Positions 1-10,191 of a stretch of 64,000 bases of DNA are shown in pieces. Location: the NCBI GenBank assembly GCA_963784645.1, contig CAWARY010000003.1, positions 62,561 to 126,560 of the forward strand, read 5' to 3'. The stretch's first letter is position 1. Each line of letters opens with the position of its first letter. The translations under genes and the position numbers were made by a program. The notes beneath the pieces are model-generated. The model was not told where the DNA came from. It made no database searches and worked only from the letters and a program-made list of their open reading frames with translations. The DNA is from an uncultured Actinomycetota bacterium (lineage in GTDB: Bacteria; Actinomycetota; Actinomycetes; JACCUZ01).

Positions 1-2
1 CC

Positions 3-413
3 GGTCTGGTTATCGGCCACAACGACGCGGCCCCCTACAACGCAGCATGGCAGGACGGGCGGCTGCAAGGGTTCTTCGACTGGGACTTCGCCGGACCCGT
101 CACACCGGAGTCCGATCTTGCATTCTGCTGCATGGCCTGGGTGCCGTTGCACGCTCGCCAGGTGGCGGAGGCCGAAGGCTTCCGAGACTTCGCCAGGCGT
201 CCTCAACGACTACGAAGACTTCTCGCTGCGTACGGCTGGGAGGGTGCCGTCGAGGATCTGCGGCGGGTCATGGTGGAAGTGGTTGTTCGTCACATCCGCG
301 ATGTCGAAGCGCTCGCCGCTGACGGGGATCCAGCCTTCCAGCGATTGGTCCGGGACGGCGTGTTGGACTCACTCCAGTTGGCACTCTCGGAAGTTGAGTC
401 GGTCGAGTTGTAG
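3..413 (+). CDS. Aminoglycoside phosphotransferase-family (APH/choline kinase-like) protein, 5'-truncated by window edge
   Basis: Frame is open from position 3: GLVIGHNDAAPYN...FFDWDFAGP (HxDxxxxN and DWD kinase motifs), continuing into ORF 132..413. Confidence 0.8.
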   Translation, partial: GLVIGHNDAAPYNAAWQDGRLQGFFDWDFAGPVTPESDLAFCCMAWVPLHARQVAEAEGFRDFARRPQRLRRLLAAYGWEGAVEDLRRVMVEVVVRHIRDVEALAADGDPAFQRLVRDGVLDSLQLALSEVESVEL

Positions 414-663
414 CCGTCGGCGTCCTCATCGTTGATCCAGTCTCGCACCTAGGGCAGCAGCCGGCCCTCACGAAATTGGTGAAGCTCGTCCGCCATGTCC
501 CCCAGCACCCGCCGCTGGTAGTCATCCATCCGCGCATGGTGCCGGGTCAGTTCGCTCGGGAGGCACGTCGCTCGGTTTCGGCTCGGCACGGCCAGCTTCC
601 GCTGACACACTCTGACTCATGAAGGGGGCTGGAGCACTACTGACGCTGGGCACTTATGCGCGG

Positions 664-929
664 CTACTTGGTGAAGACCCGCTCGACTTCGCGTCCTGTC
701 TCCGCGTCGAGCAGCACACGCCAGCAAGACACGAGTGGGCAGTGACCGTGTCTCCATCGACCTCAACCTTGACCCACGAATCTTGGTTGTCGGGCGGCGG
801 TACCGCCCACACAACCTCGCCGCTCGGGCGAACCCGGCGGAGCGATGGTCGCGGCGTGTTTGCTCTGGGTTCGGAGAACAGAAGCCCGTCGTGCGACCCT
901 GGCAGGCTCACGTTCGACTCGACAGGCAC
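664..929 (-). pseudogene. Small hypothetical protein with one frameshift (~731); restored C-terminus ...HSWSCWRVLLDAETGREVERVFTK
   Basis: GTG at 929 reads VPVESNVSLPG...VVWAVPPPDNQDSWVKVEVDGDTVTAHS; adding one G restores a frame ending at TAG 664. Confidence 0.55.
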
Positions 930-1026
930 CCGCGCATAATGCCGGGCCTCGCTCGGTCCGGCTAGCCGCCGAGCCGGCGCTCGGTAGCGGCACATCTGTG
1001 CGATGGCGTTCCCGCGCGAGGGATCC

Positions 1027-1794
1027 CTACGCTCCGGCGAAGTCGAAGCTCCTGATGACCGGCTCGAACGCGAAAGTGTCCGCGTCCGCCGTTACGTCGG
1101 ACGCCTCAAGAATGAGGTTGGACTTGCCGTTAGCCAGGACATAGAGGCGCGTCCGCAATCCGGGCACCTGCGCGTGCTCAACAGTGGCCGGCCCCGCTCC
1201 AATGAACAGCGGAACGATCGTCAAGCCGCCCTCGACCGCGCAACCCGCCGTGGTTCCGGGAGCCAGGCGAATGTCCATGACCAGGCCATGCAGGCCCCCC
1301 ACCGAGACGTTGTGCGGTGTCGACGTGTCGAGACCCGGACGTTGTTGCAGCGCCGTCGCGATCGCTTTCGGTCGGAGCCCAACGCCAGGCATCGCGGCTG
1401 ACTCACAATCTGCCGCAGCGACCGTGGCGCCGCTATAGACACCGAGATAGTCAGCCGCCCCGGCATCCACGCCGCTGAGGTCGCGACCTGGCGGGAGAAG
1501 GAGGAAGTTTCCCGGGAGATCCTCCATGTTCGCCCAACCTGCTGGAACGGTGTAGGCCAGCTGTGGTTCAAAGACCTCCGTGTGGTATCTCCCGGCGGCC
1601 AAGTTGCCTCGGCATTTGCCGCCGTCCGAGTTCGGGCATGCCGCGGCGGCCGCTTCTGGAGAATCTGTCTCGGATCTGCTGGGCTTCGCCGAGCCACTCG
1701 GTTGCTGGCCCACCGACGCGCCGGAATCACCAGAGCAGGAAGTGAGCGTGAGCGCCATCACTGTGGCCATCGCTGCACGCCGCCAACCGCCCAC
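1027..1794 (-). CDS. Putative lipoprotein of unknown function
   Basis: Signal peptide with lipobox LTSC, S/P-rich linker, Cys-containing secreted-type domain; start may be 1770. Confidence 0.7.
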   Translation of the reverse strand: MGGWRRAAMATVMALTLTSCSGDSGASVGQQPSGSAKPSRSETDSPEAAAAACPNSDGGKCRGNLAAGRYHTEVFEPQLAYTVPAGWANMEDLPGNFLLLPPGRDLSGVDAGAADYLGVYSGATVAAADCESAAMPGVGLRPKAIATALQQRPGLDTSTPHNVSVGGLHGLVMDIRLAPGTTAGCAVEGGLTIVPLFIGAGPATVEHAQVPGLRTRLYVLANGKSNLILEASDVTADADTFAFEPVIRSFDFAGA

Positions 1795-2037
1795 GTCAGC
1801 CCACCGTCCTGTCGTGGGTGAGACGGTACCGCTCGGTGATCGAATCCGTGCGACAGAGGTATTGATCTCGCTACCCCGCCTCCTCGGCCCTACGACGACT
1901 GCGCGAGTGCCGGGTCAGAACCGCTCGGGAGCGGCACCTCAAGTGCTCGGGCACGGCACCAACGTGGCGCACGCCGTGGGCAGCCGGTTCGCGGGCGCAC
2001 CATCAGAGCCGCCGGGCACGGGGTTTACGGTGCGTGG

Positions 2038-2652
2038 GTGCCTGATGCCGTGGAGAATGGCGGTCGCGTCCTGTCGGTGAACCTGGCCCACGTGCGGCCG
2101 AACCCGTACAAGAGCGCCAGCGAGACCGGCATCGACAAGCGGCCGGTCGACGGGCCGGTGCTGGTGCGGGCGCCCGGGTCGATGCGCGACGGCGAGGGCA
2201 GCGGGCTCGTCGGGGACTTCATCGGCGACCGGTCCGCGCACGGTGGCGACGAGCAGGCCGTCTACGCCTACGCACGCGAGGACCTCGACCGTTGGGGGCA
2301 GCAGCTCGGCCGGGACCTGACTTCGGGATCGTTCGGCGAGAACCTGACGACCGTCGGGCTCGACGTGAACGGCGCTCTGATCGGCGAGAGGTGGCGCATC
2401 GGTATCGACCTCGAGCTCGAGGTGACCGGTCCTCGCGTACCGTGCGCCACCTTCCGCGGCTGGATCGACCGTCAGGGCTGGCTACGCGAGTTCACGGTGG
2501 CCGCGGTCCCCGGCACCTACCTGCGCGTGGTGACGCCGGGCGCCGTGCAGGCGGGGGACGTCGTGGTGGTCTCCCATCGACCGACCTCCGCGGCGACGGT
2601 CGCCGACACCTTCCGCGACGAGATGGGGCTCGCGTCCACCGACCCTGCCTGA
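2038..2652 (+). CDS. MOSC domain protein (YiiM-like)
   Basis: TGIDKRPV, HGGDEQAVYAY, FGENLTT and PRVPCATF motifs; TACGGT -10 box 6 nt upstream of GTG. Confidence 0.9.
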   Translation: MPDAVENGGRVLSVNLAHVRPNPYKSASETGIDKRPVDGPVLVRAPGSMRDGEGSGLVGDFIGDRSAHGGDEQAVYAYAREDLDRWGQQLGRDLTSGSFGENLTTVGLDVNGALIGERWRIGIDLELEVTGPRVPCATFRGWIDRQGWLREFTVAAVPGTYLRVVTPGAVQAGDVVVVSHRPTSAATVADTFRDEMGLASTDPA

Positions 2653-2726
2653 GGGGGTGTCCCCATTCGCCAGGCCACCGGCTGCTGTCGAGTGAACAGG
2701 TAGGCACCTACCGCGCGCCCGTCCAG

Positions 2727-2777
2727 TGATCCACAGGGGATCGATGGCAGTTTGTCCAACAGATCCGCCGTGGATCA
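2727..2777. repeat. Intergenic inverted repeat (16-bp imperfect stem), REP-like or terminator
   Basis: TGATCCACAGGGGATC ... GATCCGCCGTGGATCA, 2 mismatches, 19-nt loop. Confidence 0.5.
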
Positions 2778-2831
2778 TGCACCGTCGGAACGACGTGGCC
2801 GGAGAGGGGCGGACGACCTACCGTGCCGTGG

Positions 2832-3797
2832 GTGCGCACCCCACCGGCCGACCTCGGGACCGACGAGCTGGCCGGACACCTGCGCCGGCACTGGGCACTC
2901 GACAGCACCGGGCTGGCCTACGCGCCGGTGGGGTTCGGCAGCCACCACTGGTGGCTGACCACGGGCGAGGGAGCTCGGTACTTCGTGACCGTCGACGACG
3001 TCGCCGACGACAGCGCCCTGCGCGCGGCGATGGCCACCGCCCGCGCCCTGCGCGACGAGGCAGGTCTGGCGTTCGTCGTCGCCCCCCGGCCGGGCCAGGA
3101 CGGCCAGGCGGTGCAGCGGCTGGCCGGCCGATGGTCGGTCGCGGTCTTCCCGGCGATCGACGGCACCGGCTGGCCGAGTGCCGCCGAGCAGACCCCGGAG
3201 GAGCGCGGATCGCTCGTCGACCTGCTCGGCCGGCTGCACCTCGCGACGCCGTACGTCGCGGCGACCGCGCGCGCCGACGAGCTCGCGGTGGACGGTCGAG
3301 GCGCGCTCGAGGAGGCCATGGCCCGGCTCACGGAGCGGTGGGCGGGGGGGCCGTTCTCCGAGCCGGCCCGCGCCCTGGTCGCCGAGTACGCCGACGACGT
3401 ACGCCGCCGGCTGGCGACGCACGACGACGGGGCGGCCGGCATCCGCGCGCGCGACGAGCCGTGGGTGGTCACGCACGGCGAGCCGAAGCCCGACAACTGG
3501 CTGGCGACCACCACCGGTCCGCTGCTGGTCGACTGGGACACCGCTCTGCTCGCACCTGCGGCCCGCGACCTGTGGCTGGTCGAGTCGGGGACGGGGTCCG
3601 AGCTGCGCCGCTACACCGAGGTCACCGGACGCACCGTGCTGGTGGACGACCTGGGCTACTACCGGTTGCGCTGGGCACTGGTCGACGTCGCCCAGTACGT
3701 CGCGTGGTTCCGTGGCCCGCACGAGCGCACGGCGGACAGCGAGCTGGGCTGGTCGTCCCTCGTCGACACGCTCGCGGAGCTGCGTCCGGATCATTGA
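2832..3797 (+). CDS. Phosphotransferase (APH family)
   Basis: YAPVGFGSHHW N-terminal motif, THGEPKPDN and LVDWD motifs; TACCGT 7 nt upstream of GTG 2832. Confidence 0.85.
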   Translation: MRTPPADLGTDELAGHLRRHWALDSTGLAYAPVGFGSHHWWLTTGEGARYFVTVDDVADDSALRAAMATARALRDEAGLAFVVAPRPGQDGQAVQRLAGRWSVAVFPAIDGTGWPSAAEQTPEERGSLVDLLGRLHLATPYVAATARADELAVDGRGALEEAMARLTERWAGGPFSEPARALVAEYADDVRRRLATHDDGAAGIRARDEPWVVTHGEPKPDNWLATTTGPLLVDWDTALLAPAARDLWLVESGTGSELRRYTEVTGRTVLVDDLGYYRLRWALVDVAQYVAWFRGPHERTADSELGWSSLVDTLAELRPDH

Positions 3798-4489
3798 CCC
3801 GGGCGGACGCCGACCTCCTCGAGCCGGGTGAGCATCTCGGCGGGATCGGCGTAGACCCGGTAGGCACCGGCGCGCTCCAGCTCCTCGCGTCCGTAGCCGC
3901 CGGACAACAGCCCGATCGCCAGGGACCCGGCGCGCTGCGCGGCCAGCAGGTCCCACACGCTGTCCCCGACGACGAAGCAGTGCCGCGGGTCGATGCCCAG
4001 CAGCTTGGCCGCCGCGAGGAACAGGTGGGGGTCGGGCTTCGCCCGCTCGACGAGATCGCGGGTGACGACGGGGACGTCGTCGGGGAGGTCGAGCAGTGCG
4101 AGCGCCGAGCCGGCGGTCTGCCGTGCACCGCTGGTGGCGATCGCGAACGGCACCTCGCGCTCGTGCAGGTACCCGAGCAGCTCGCGGGCCCCGGGGAGCG
4201 GGACCACGGAGTCCTTCCGCTGGAGGTACGCCGCCGCGTGGCCGGCCTTGAGCCGCTCGGCCAGCTCGTCGTCGAGGACGAAGCCGGTCTCGCGCCGGAG
4301 GGCGTCGAGGAACAGCCCGCCGCTCATGCCGATACGACGGTGGATGCGCCACACCGACAGCGGGATGCCGCACTCGGCCAGCGCCTCCTGCCACGAGATG
4401 ACGTGCTGGTAGACCGAGTCGACCAGCGTGCCGTCCAGGTCGAAGAGCAGCGCCGGCTGCTGCACCTCGATGCCGAGCTCCGCGCTCAT
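3791..4489 (-). CDS. HAD-family hydrolase
   Basis: FDLDGTLVDS, ATS, KPDP and VGDSVWD HAD motifs. Confidence 0.9.
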   Translation of the reverse strand: MSAELGIEVQQPALLFDLDGTLVDSVYQHVISWQEALAECGIPLSVWRIHRRIGMSGGLFLDALRRETGFVLDDELAERLKAGHAAAYLQRKDSVVPLPGARELLGYLHEREVPFAIATSGARQTAGSALALLDLPDDVPVVTRDLVERAKPDPHLFLAAAKLLGIDPRHCFVVGDSVWDLLAAQRAGSLAIGLLSGGYGREELERAGAYRVYADPAEMLTRLEEVGVRPGQ

Positions 4490-5313
4490 GAGCCGTCCCC
4501 TCCGCTGGCGAGCTCCCGCCCGCGGTCGCGAGCGGCCTCCAGCGCCGACAGCATCGCCGCGCGCACCCCGTGGTTCTCCAGCTCGCGGATCGCGTTGATC
4601 GTCGTGCCCGCCGGCGAGGTCACAGCCTCGCGCAGTATCACCGGGTGCTGGCCGGAGTCGCGCAGCATCACCGCCGAGCCGATGGCCGTCTGCACGATCA
4701 GGTCGTGGGCGACCTGGCGTGGCAGCCCCAGGAGGATGCCGGCGTCGGTCATGGCCTCGACCAGGTAGAAGAAGTACGCCGGCCCGCTGCCCGACAGCGC
4801 GGTGACCGCGTCCTGCTGCGACTCGGGGACCCGGATCGTGCGGCCCACCGGCGAGAAGATCGCCTCGGTCCGCACCAGGTGCTCCTCCGCGGCGTGGGCG
4901 CCGGCGGAGATCGCACTCATCGCCTCGTCGACGAGCACGGGGGTGTTGGACATGACGCGGACGACCGGGGTGCCGGCCGTCAGCCGCGACTCGAGGAAGG
5001 AGGTGGTGATGCCGGCCGCCGCCGACACGACCAGCCGGCCGGGCGGGGTGTGCGGCGCCACCTCGTCGAGCAGCGCACCCATGTCCTGCGGCTTCACGGT
5101 GAGGATGAGGGTGTCGGCCCGGGCTGCCGCCTCGGCGGAGGACACGACCTCGACGCCGTGCCGCTCGCGCAGTGCCGCTGCCCGCTCGGGACGGCGGGCG
5201 GAGACCAGCATGTCCGCGACCGGCGTGCCGCTGCGGAGCATCCCGGAGAGAAGCGCCTCGCCCATCTTGCCCGCGCCGAGGACGGCGACCCGCTGTCCTG
5301 CTGCAGCCTCCAT
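4486..5313 (-). CDS. proC: Pyrroline-5-carboxylate reductase
   Basis: LGAGKMG Rossmann motif, VKPQD, RVMSNTP, SGSGPAY, VTSPAGTT. Confidence 0.95.
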   Translation of the reverse strand: MEAAAGQRVAVLGAGKMGEALLSGMLRSGTPVADMLVSARRPERAAALRERHGVEVVSSAEAAARADTLILTVKPQDMGALLDEVAPHTPPGRLVVSAAAGITTSFLESRLTAGTPVVRVMSNTPVLVDEAMSAISAGAHAAEEHLVRTEAIFSPVGRTIRVPESQQDAVTALSGSGPAYFFYLVEAMTDAGILLGLPRQVAHDLIVQTAIGSAVMLRDSGQHPVILREAVTSPAGTTINAIRELENHGVRAAMLSALEAARDRGRELASGGDGS

Positions 5314-5336
5314 CGGTGCGCCTCCCTGCGGTCGGT

Positions 5337-6266
5337 CTACCCCTTGGTCAGCACCGAGCGTAGGAACAGCGCGAGGTTCGCGGGCTTCTCGGCCATCCTT
5401 CGGACGAGGTAGCCGTACCACTCGTCGCCGTAGGGGATGTAGACCCGCATCCGCTGCCCGGTCGCCACGATGCGCTCCTGCTCGTGCGGGCGGACGCCGT
5501 AGAGCATCTGGAACTCGTAGCTGTCCTTCGCGCGATCGTACCGGCGGGCCAGGTCCTCACCGATCGCGACCAGCCGTGGGTCGTGGGTGGCGAGCATCGG
5601 GTAGCCGTGGCCCGCCATGAGCACCTTGGCCGCCCGGACGTAGGCGCGGTCGACGTCGCGCTTGCCCTGGAAGGCCACCGACTCCGGCTCCTTGTACGCG
5701 CCCTTGCACAGCCGGACCCGCGACCCGGCGTGGGCGAGGTCCGCACAGTCGGCCTCGGTCCGGTGCAGGTAGGCCTGCAGCACGGCACCGGTACCGGGGA
5801 AGTCCTGCCGCAGCTCGCGCAGGATGCCCAGCGTCGAGTCGGTGGTGGTGTGGTCCTCCATGTCGAGCGTGACCGTCGTGCCGGCCGCCGTCGCCACCTC
5901 GCAGATCGCCCGGGCGTTCTCGAGGGCGACCTTCTCGCCGTCACCGGGGAGCGCCTGGCCCACGGCGGACAGCTTGACCGAGACCTCGGCGCCACCGGTG
6001 AGCCCGTCACGGTCGAGCAGGTCCAGCAGCCGGAGGTAGGCCTCCTTGGTCGCGGTCGCCTGCGCGAGGTCGGTCGTGTCCTCGCCGAGGTGGTCCAGCG
6101 AGACCAGCAGGCCCTTGTCAGCCAGCGTGTGGGTCGCCTCGACGGCGTCCTCGGCGGTGGTGCCCGGCACGTACCGGGCGACCACCGAGCGCGAGCCGGG
6201 GGCGGTCTCCACCAGGTGCCGGATCCGCCGGCTGCGGGACATCGACAGCAGCACACGCCGCAGCAA
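5337..6266 (-). CDS. Proline dehydrogenase (monofunctional)
   Basis: DHLGE, SVKLS, LDMED, QAYL, RLCKGAY, ATHD, FQMLYG and YLVRRMAE motifs; GAGGAG RBS upstream of TTG 6266. Confidence 0.93.
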   Translation of the reverse strand: MLRRVLLSMSRSRRIRHLVETAPGSRSVVARYVPGTTAEDAVEATHTLADKGLLVSLDHLGEDTTDLAQATATKEAYLRLLDLLDRDGLTGGAEVSVKLSAVGQALPGDGEKVALENARAICEVATAAGTTVTLDMEDHTTTDSTLGILRELRQDFPGTGAVLQAYLHRTEADCADLAHAGSRVRLCKGAYKEPESVAFQGKRDVDRAYVRAAKVLMAGHGYPMLATHDPRLVAIGEDLARRYDRAKDSYEFQMLYGVRPHEQERIVATGQRMRVYIPYGDEWYGYLVRRMAEKPANLALFLRSVLTKG

Positions 6267-6456
6267 CGGACATACCTCCTCGACCCGGCACGACCGCGTC
6301 GTCGTGCGCCGGCTCAGGCTAACGCCGTGGGCACACACTCCTGCCCAGGCGGGGTCTGCCGCGGTGCGCCCATGTTTCACGCGGATCCTTGCGGGCACCA
6401 CGTGCGACGTCCTCTGCGACCGCTCCTGGCCGCAGCACGCAGCACGGGAGGCCAGT

Positions 6457-8026
6457 ATGAGCGGGGTCCAGACCGGCAGCATCAAGACGAACATCCCGGC
6501 CCGGATGGACCGGTTGCCCTGGGCCAGGTGGCACTGGCTCGTCGTCATCGGCCTCGGCACGGTGTGGATCCTCGACGGGCTCGAGGTCACCATCGTCGGC
6601 TCGATCGCCGGCCGGCTGACGGAGAAGGGCAGCGGCCTCGCCATCACCGAGAGCCAGATCGGCATCGCGGCCGGCGTGTACGTCGCCGGCGCCTGCCTGG
6701 GTGCCCTGTTCTTCGGCTACCTCACCGACCGGCTCGGCCGGAAGCGGCTCTTCATGGTGACCCTCGCGCTGTACCTGGTCGCCACGGTGCTGACCGCCTT
6801 CTCGATGAACCCGATGTGGTTCTTCGTCTGCCGCTTCTTCACGGGAGCCGGCGTCGGCGGTGAGTACGCCGCGATCAACTCGGCGATCGACGAGCTGATC
6901 CCGGCGCGGGTCCGTGGCCGTGTCGACCTCATCATCAACGGCTCGTTCTGGCTCGGCACCGCGCTCGGCGCCGCACTGTCGGTGTTCCTGCTCAACGAGA
7001 ACTTCTTCGCGAAGGACCTCGGCTGGCGGATCGCCTTCGGCCTCGGCGCCGTCCTCGGGATCGGGATCCTGTTCGTCCGCAAGAACGTCCCCGAGAGCCC
7101 CCGCTGGATGTTCATCCACGGCAAGGAGAAGGGTGCCGAGCGCATCGTCCGCGACATCGAGGGCCAGGTCGAGGAGTCGACCGACGAGAAGCTTCCGGCG
7201 GCCGACGACAGCGACGACTACCTCACCGTCCGGCAGCGGAAGACCATCGGCTTCGCCGAGATCGCGAAGACCGCGTGGAAGCTCTACCCCAAGCGCTTCG
7301 TGCTCGGCCTGTCGCTGTTCATCGGGCAGGCGTTCCTCTACAACGCGGTGTTCTTCACCTTCGCCCTGGTGCTCATCAAGATCATGAAGGTCAGCGACTC
7401 GACCGCGCCGTGGTACCTCATCCCGCTGGCGATCGGCAACTTCGCCGGCCCGCTCCTGCTCGGCAAGTTCTTCGACACGGTCGGCCGGCGCATCATGATC
7501 GCGGGCACCTACATCGTGTCCGGGCCTGGTGCTCGTCCTGACGGGCGTGCTGTTCCACAACGGCTCGTTGTCGGCGTCCACCCTGACCCTCATGTGGTGC
7601 GTCGTGTTCTTCTTCGCCTCGGCCGGCGCCAGCTCGGCGTACCTCACGGTGTCGGAGATCTTCCCGATGGAGACCCGCGCGATGGCCATCGCGTTCTTCT
7701 ACGCCGTGGGCACCGGGCTCGGCGGCATCGTCGGGCCGATCCTGTTCGGCAAGTTCATCGAGCAGGGCAGGGACCAGGTCATCAACGGCTACTACCTCGG
7801 CGCCGGCCTCATGATCGCCGCCGGCATCGTCGCGGCCTTCCTGGCCGTCGACGCCGAAGGACGGTCGCTCGAGGACATCGCAGAGCCGCTCACGGCCCAG
7901 GACGCCGAGGCGTCAGGTGCCGACCACCGCGGCGACTACGACAGGGACGAGGTCGACCTGCGGGACGGCGACCGGGAGACGGTCTCGTCAGGCCCCGCGG
8001 CCAGCTCGATGCGCCGCTACCACTGA
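6457..8026 (+). CDS. MFS transporter (sugar porter-like), frameshifted at ~7522
   Basis: [18 protein letters not shown] and PESPRW motifs in ORF 6046..; the C-terminal TM helices (SEIFPMETR) continue in ORF 7529..8026; total span is 3n+1. Confidence 0.88.
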
Positions 8027-8036
8027 GCGCACGACG

Positions 8037-8771
8037 TCAGGTGGTCCGCCGGCGCAGGGTGGCCGCACCCAGCGCGAGCGCCAGCGCGACCGAGAGGACG
8101 ACGACGCCGAGGTCGACCCACGTGCCGGTGGCGACCTCGGCGTTCGTCGTCACGTCGCCCAGCGCGTCCACGGCGTAGGACAACGGCAGGACCGACGAGA
8201 CCCCGTGCAGCACGTCGGGCATCTGGTCCCGCGGCACCAGCAGCCCGCAGAGCAGGAACTGCGGCAGCACGAACGCCGGCATGAACTGCACAGCCTGGAA
8301 CTCCGAGCTCGCGAAGGCGCTCACGAACAAGCCGAGCGCCGTGCCGAGCAGGGCGTCGGCCAGGGCGACGACGACCAGCAGCCACGAGGGGCCGGCCACG
8401 TCCAGCCCGAACCAGGTGAGGGACAGCGCGCTCACGAGTCCTGCCTGGACCACCGCGACGGCCCCGAAGGCGAGGGCGTAGCCGACGAGCAGGTCCAGCC
8501 GGCCGAGCGGCATCGTCAGCAGGCGCTCCAGCGTCCCCGAGGTGCGCTCGCGCAGCGTGGCGATGCTGGTGACGAGGAACATCACGACGAACGGGAACAC
8601 CCCGAGCAGCGGGGCACCGATGCGGTCGAAGGTCGGGCTGCCCTCGAAGACCCAGGCGAGCAGCCCCACCAGCGCGCACGGCACGACGAGCATCAGCGCG
8701 ATGGTGCGTGGGTCGTGCCGCAGCTGGCGGAGGACGCGGCCGGCGGTGGCGAGGGTACGGCTGAGGCTCAT
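8037..8771 (-). CDS. ABC-2 type transporter permease
   Basis: [12 protein letters not shown] motif and several TM segments. Confidence 0.92.
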   Translation of the reverse strand: MSLSRTLATAGRVLRQLRHDPRTIALMLVVPCALVGLLAWVFEGSPTFDRIGAPLLGVFPFVVMFLVTSIATLRERTSGTLERLLTMPLGRLDLLVGYALAFGAVAVVQAGLVSALSLTWFGLDVAGPSWLLVVVALADALLGTALGLFVSAFASSEFQAVQFMPAFVLPQFLLCGLLVPRDQMPDVLHGVSSVLPLSYAVDALGDVTTNAEVATGTWVDLGVVVLSVALALALGAATLRRRTT

Positions 8772-9544
8772 GACGGGCTCCCGGTGGTGATCTGGGTCGT
8801 GCTGCCGGCGGGGTCGGGTGCGGCAGCGTCGACGAGGGCGAGGAACGCCGCCTCGACGTCTGCGGCACCGGTGCGGTCGAGCAGCCCCCGCTCCGTGTCG
8901 TCGGCGAGCAGTGCGCCTTCACGCATGAGCAGCAGGCGGTCGCAGCGGGTGGCCTCGTCCATGACGTGGCTGCTGACGAGCAGCGTCGTGCCGCGCTCGG
9001 CCAGGGTGCGGAAGAGGTCCCAGAGGTCGCGGCGCAGCACCGGGTCCAGGCCCACGGTCGGCTCGTCCAGGACGAGCAGCTCGGGCTCCCCGAGCAGGGC
9101 GGCCGCCAGGGACACCCGGGCCTCCTGGCCGCCGGACAGCCGGCCCACCACGGCGTCGGCGTGGCTGGTCAGCCCGACCTCGCCGATGACCCGGTCGACG
9201 TCGGTACGCGGCGCGCCCAGGACGGCGGCGAAGTAGCGCAGGTTCTCGCGGACGGTGAGATCGGCGTAGACGGACGGCGCCTGCGTGACGTAGCCGACGC
9301 GGCGGCGCAGCGGAGCCGTCCCCGCGGGCTCCCCGAGCACCGTCACCCGGCCGCCCGCGACCACCTGGACGCCGACCACCGAGCGCATGAGGGTCGACTT
9401 GCCGCAGCCGCTCGGGCCGAGCAGGCCGGTCACGCTGCCGCGGGCCACCTCGAGGGAGACGCCGTCGAGCACCACCCGGCCACCGCGGACGACGCGGAGC
9501 CGGTCCAGCACGATCGCCGGCGTGCCCTGCACGTAATTCATCAT
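8768..9544 (-). CDS. ABC transporter ATP-binding protein
   Basis: GPSGCGKS, LSGGQ, LLVLDEPT, SSH. Confidence 0.95.
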   Translation of the reverse strand: MMNYVQGTPAIVLDRLRVVRGGRVVLDGVSLEVARGSVTGLLGPSGCGKSTLMRSVVGVQVVAGGRVTVLGEPAGTAPLRRRVGYVTQAPSVYADLTVRENLRYFAAVLGAPRTDVDRVIGEVGLTSHADAVVGRLSGGQEARVSLAAALLGEPELLVLDEPTVGLDPVLRRDLWDLFRTLAERGTTLLVSSHVMDEATRCDRLLLMREGALLADDTERGLLDRTGAADVEAAFLALVDAAAPDPAGSTTQITTGSPS

Positions 9545-9553
9545 ATGATGAAT
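9536..9553. promoter_or_regulatory. Perfect 18-bp palindrome, probable TetR operator
   Basis: ATTCATCATATGATGAAT overlaps the ABC ATPase start codon, next to a TetR gene. Confidence 0.75.
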
Positions 9554-9597
9554 ATGCCTCGGGACGAGCCCCTCGTCAACCCCTCACGGGCAGCGGG

Positions 9598-10191
9598 TCA
9601 GCCCAGCAGGTGGTGCTGCACGACGGGGGCTATCAGGGCCACGACGTCCTCGACCGGCGCCGACGCCAGCGGCTCGATCCGGACCACGTGCCGGAGCATG
9701 ACCACGCCGATCATCTGGGCGGCCGCGGCCTGGACCCGCACCGGGTCGTCCTGCCCGACGGCGACGGCCACCCGGCTCAGAAGGGCCGACCCGACGAACT
9801 CCCGCAACGTCGCCGCGCCCTGCTCGCCGGTCAGCGCGGAGCGCAGCAGGCCGAGCATCGGCGTGCGGAACCCCGGCTGCTCCCACACCGAGAGGAACAG
9901 CCGCACCAGCCGCTCACCCGTGCCGGCCGGGTCACCGGCGAGCACCTGCGGCAGCTGCTCCGCGGGGTCGAACGGCAGCTCCATGGCGGCGACGAAGACC
10001 TGCTCCTTCGTCCCGAAGTAGTGGTGCACCAGGGCCGGGTCGACGCCCGCGGTGCGCGCGATGCCCCGGACGCTGGCCCCGGTGTAGCCACGCTCCGCGA
10101 AGTGCTCGCGGGCTGCGTCGAGGATCGCCGTCCGCCGGTCGCCGCCGTCGGCCGGCCGGCCCGGGCCGCGCCGCGCCGCGGTCCCGGTCAT
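9598..10191 (-). CDS. TetR-family transcriptional regulator
   Basis: ILDAAREHFAERGY...IARTAGVDPALVHHYFGTKE HTH. Confidence 0.93.
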   Translation of the reverse strand: MTGTAARRGPGRPADGGDRRTAILDAAREHFAERGYTGASVRGIARTAGVDPALVHHYFGTKEQVFVAAMELPFDPAEQLPQVLAGDPAGTGERLVRLFLSVWEQPGFRTPMLGLLRSALTGEQGAATLREFVGSALLSRVAVAVGQDDPVRVQAAAAQMIGVVMLRHVVRIEPLASAPVEDVVALIAPVVQHHLLG

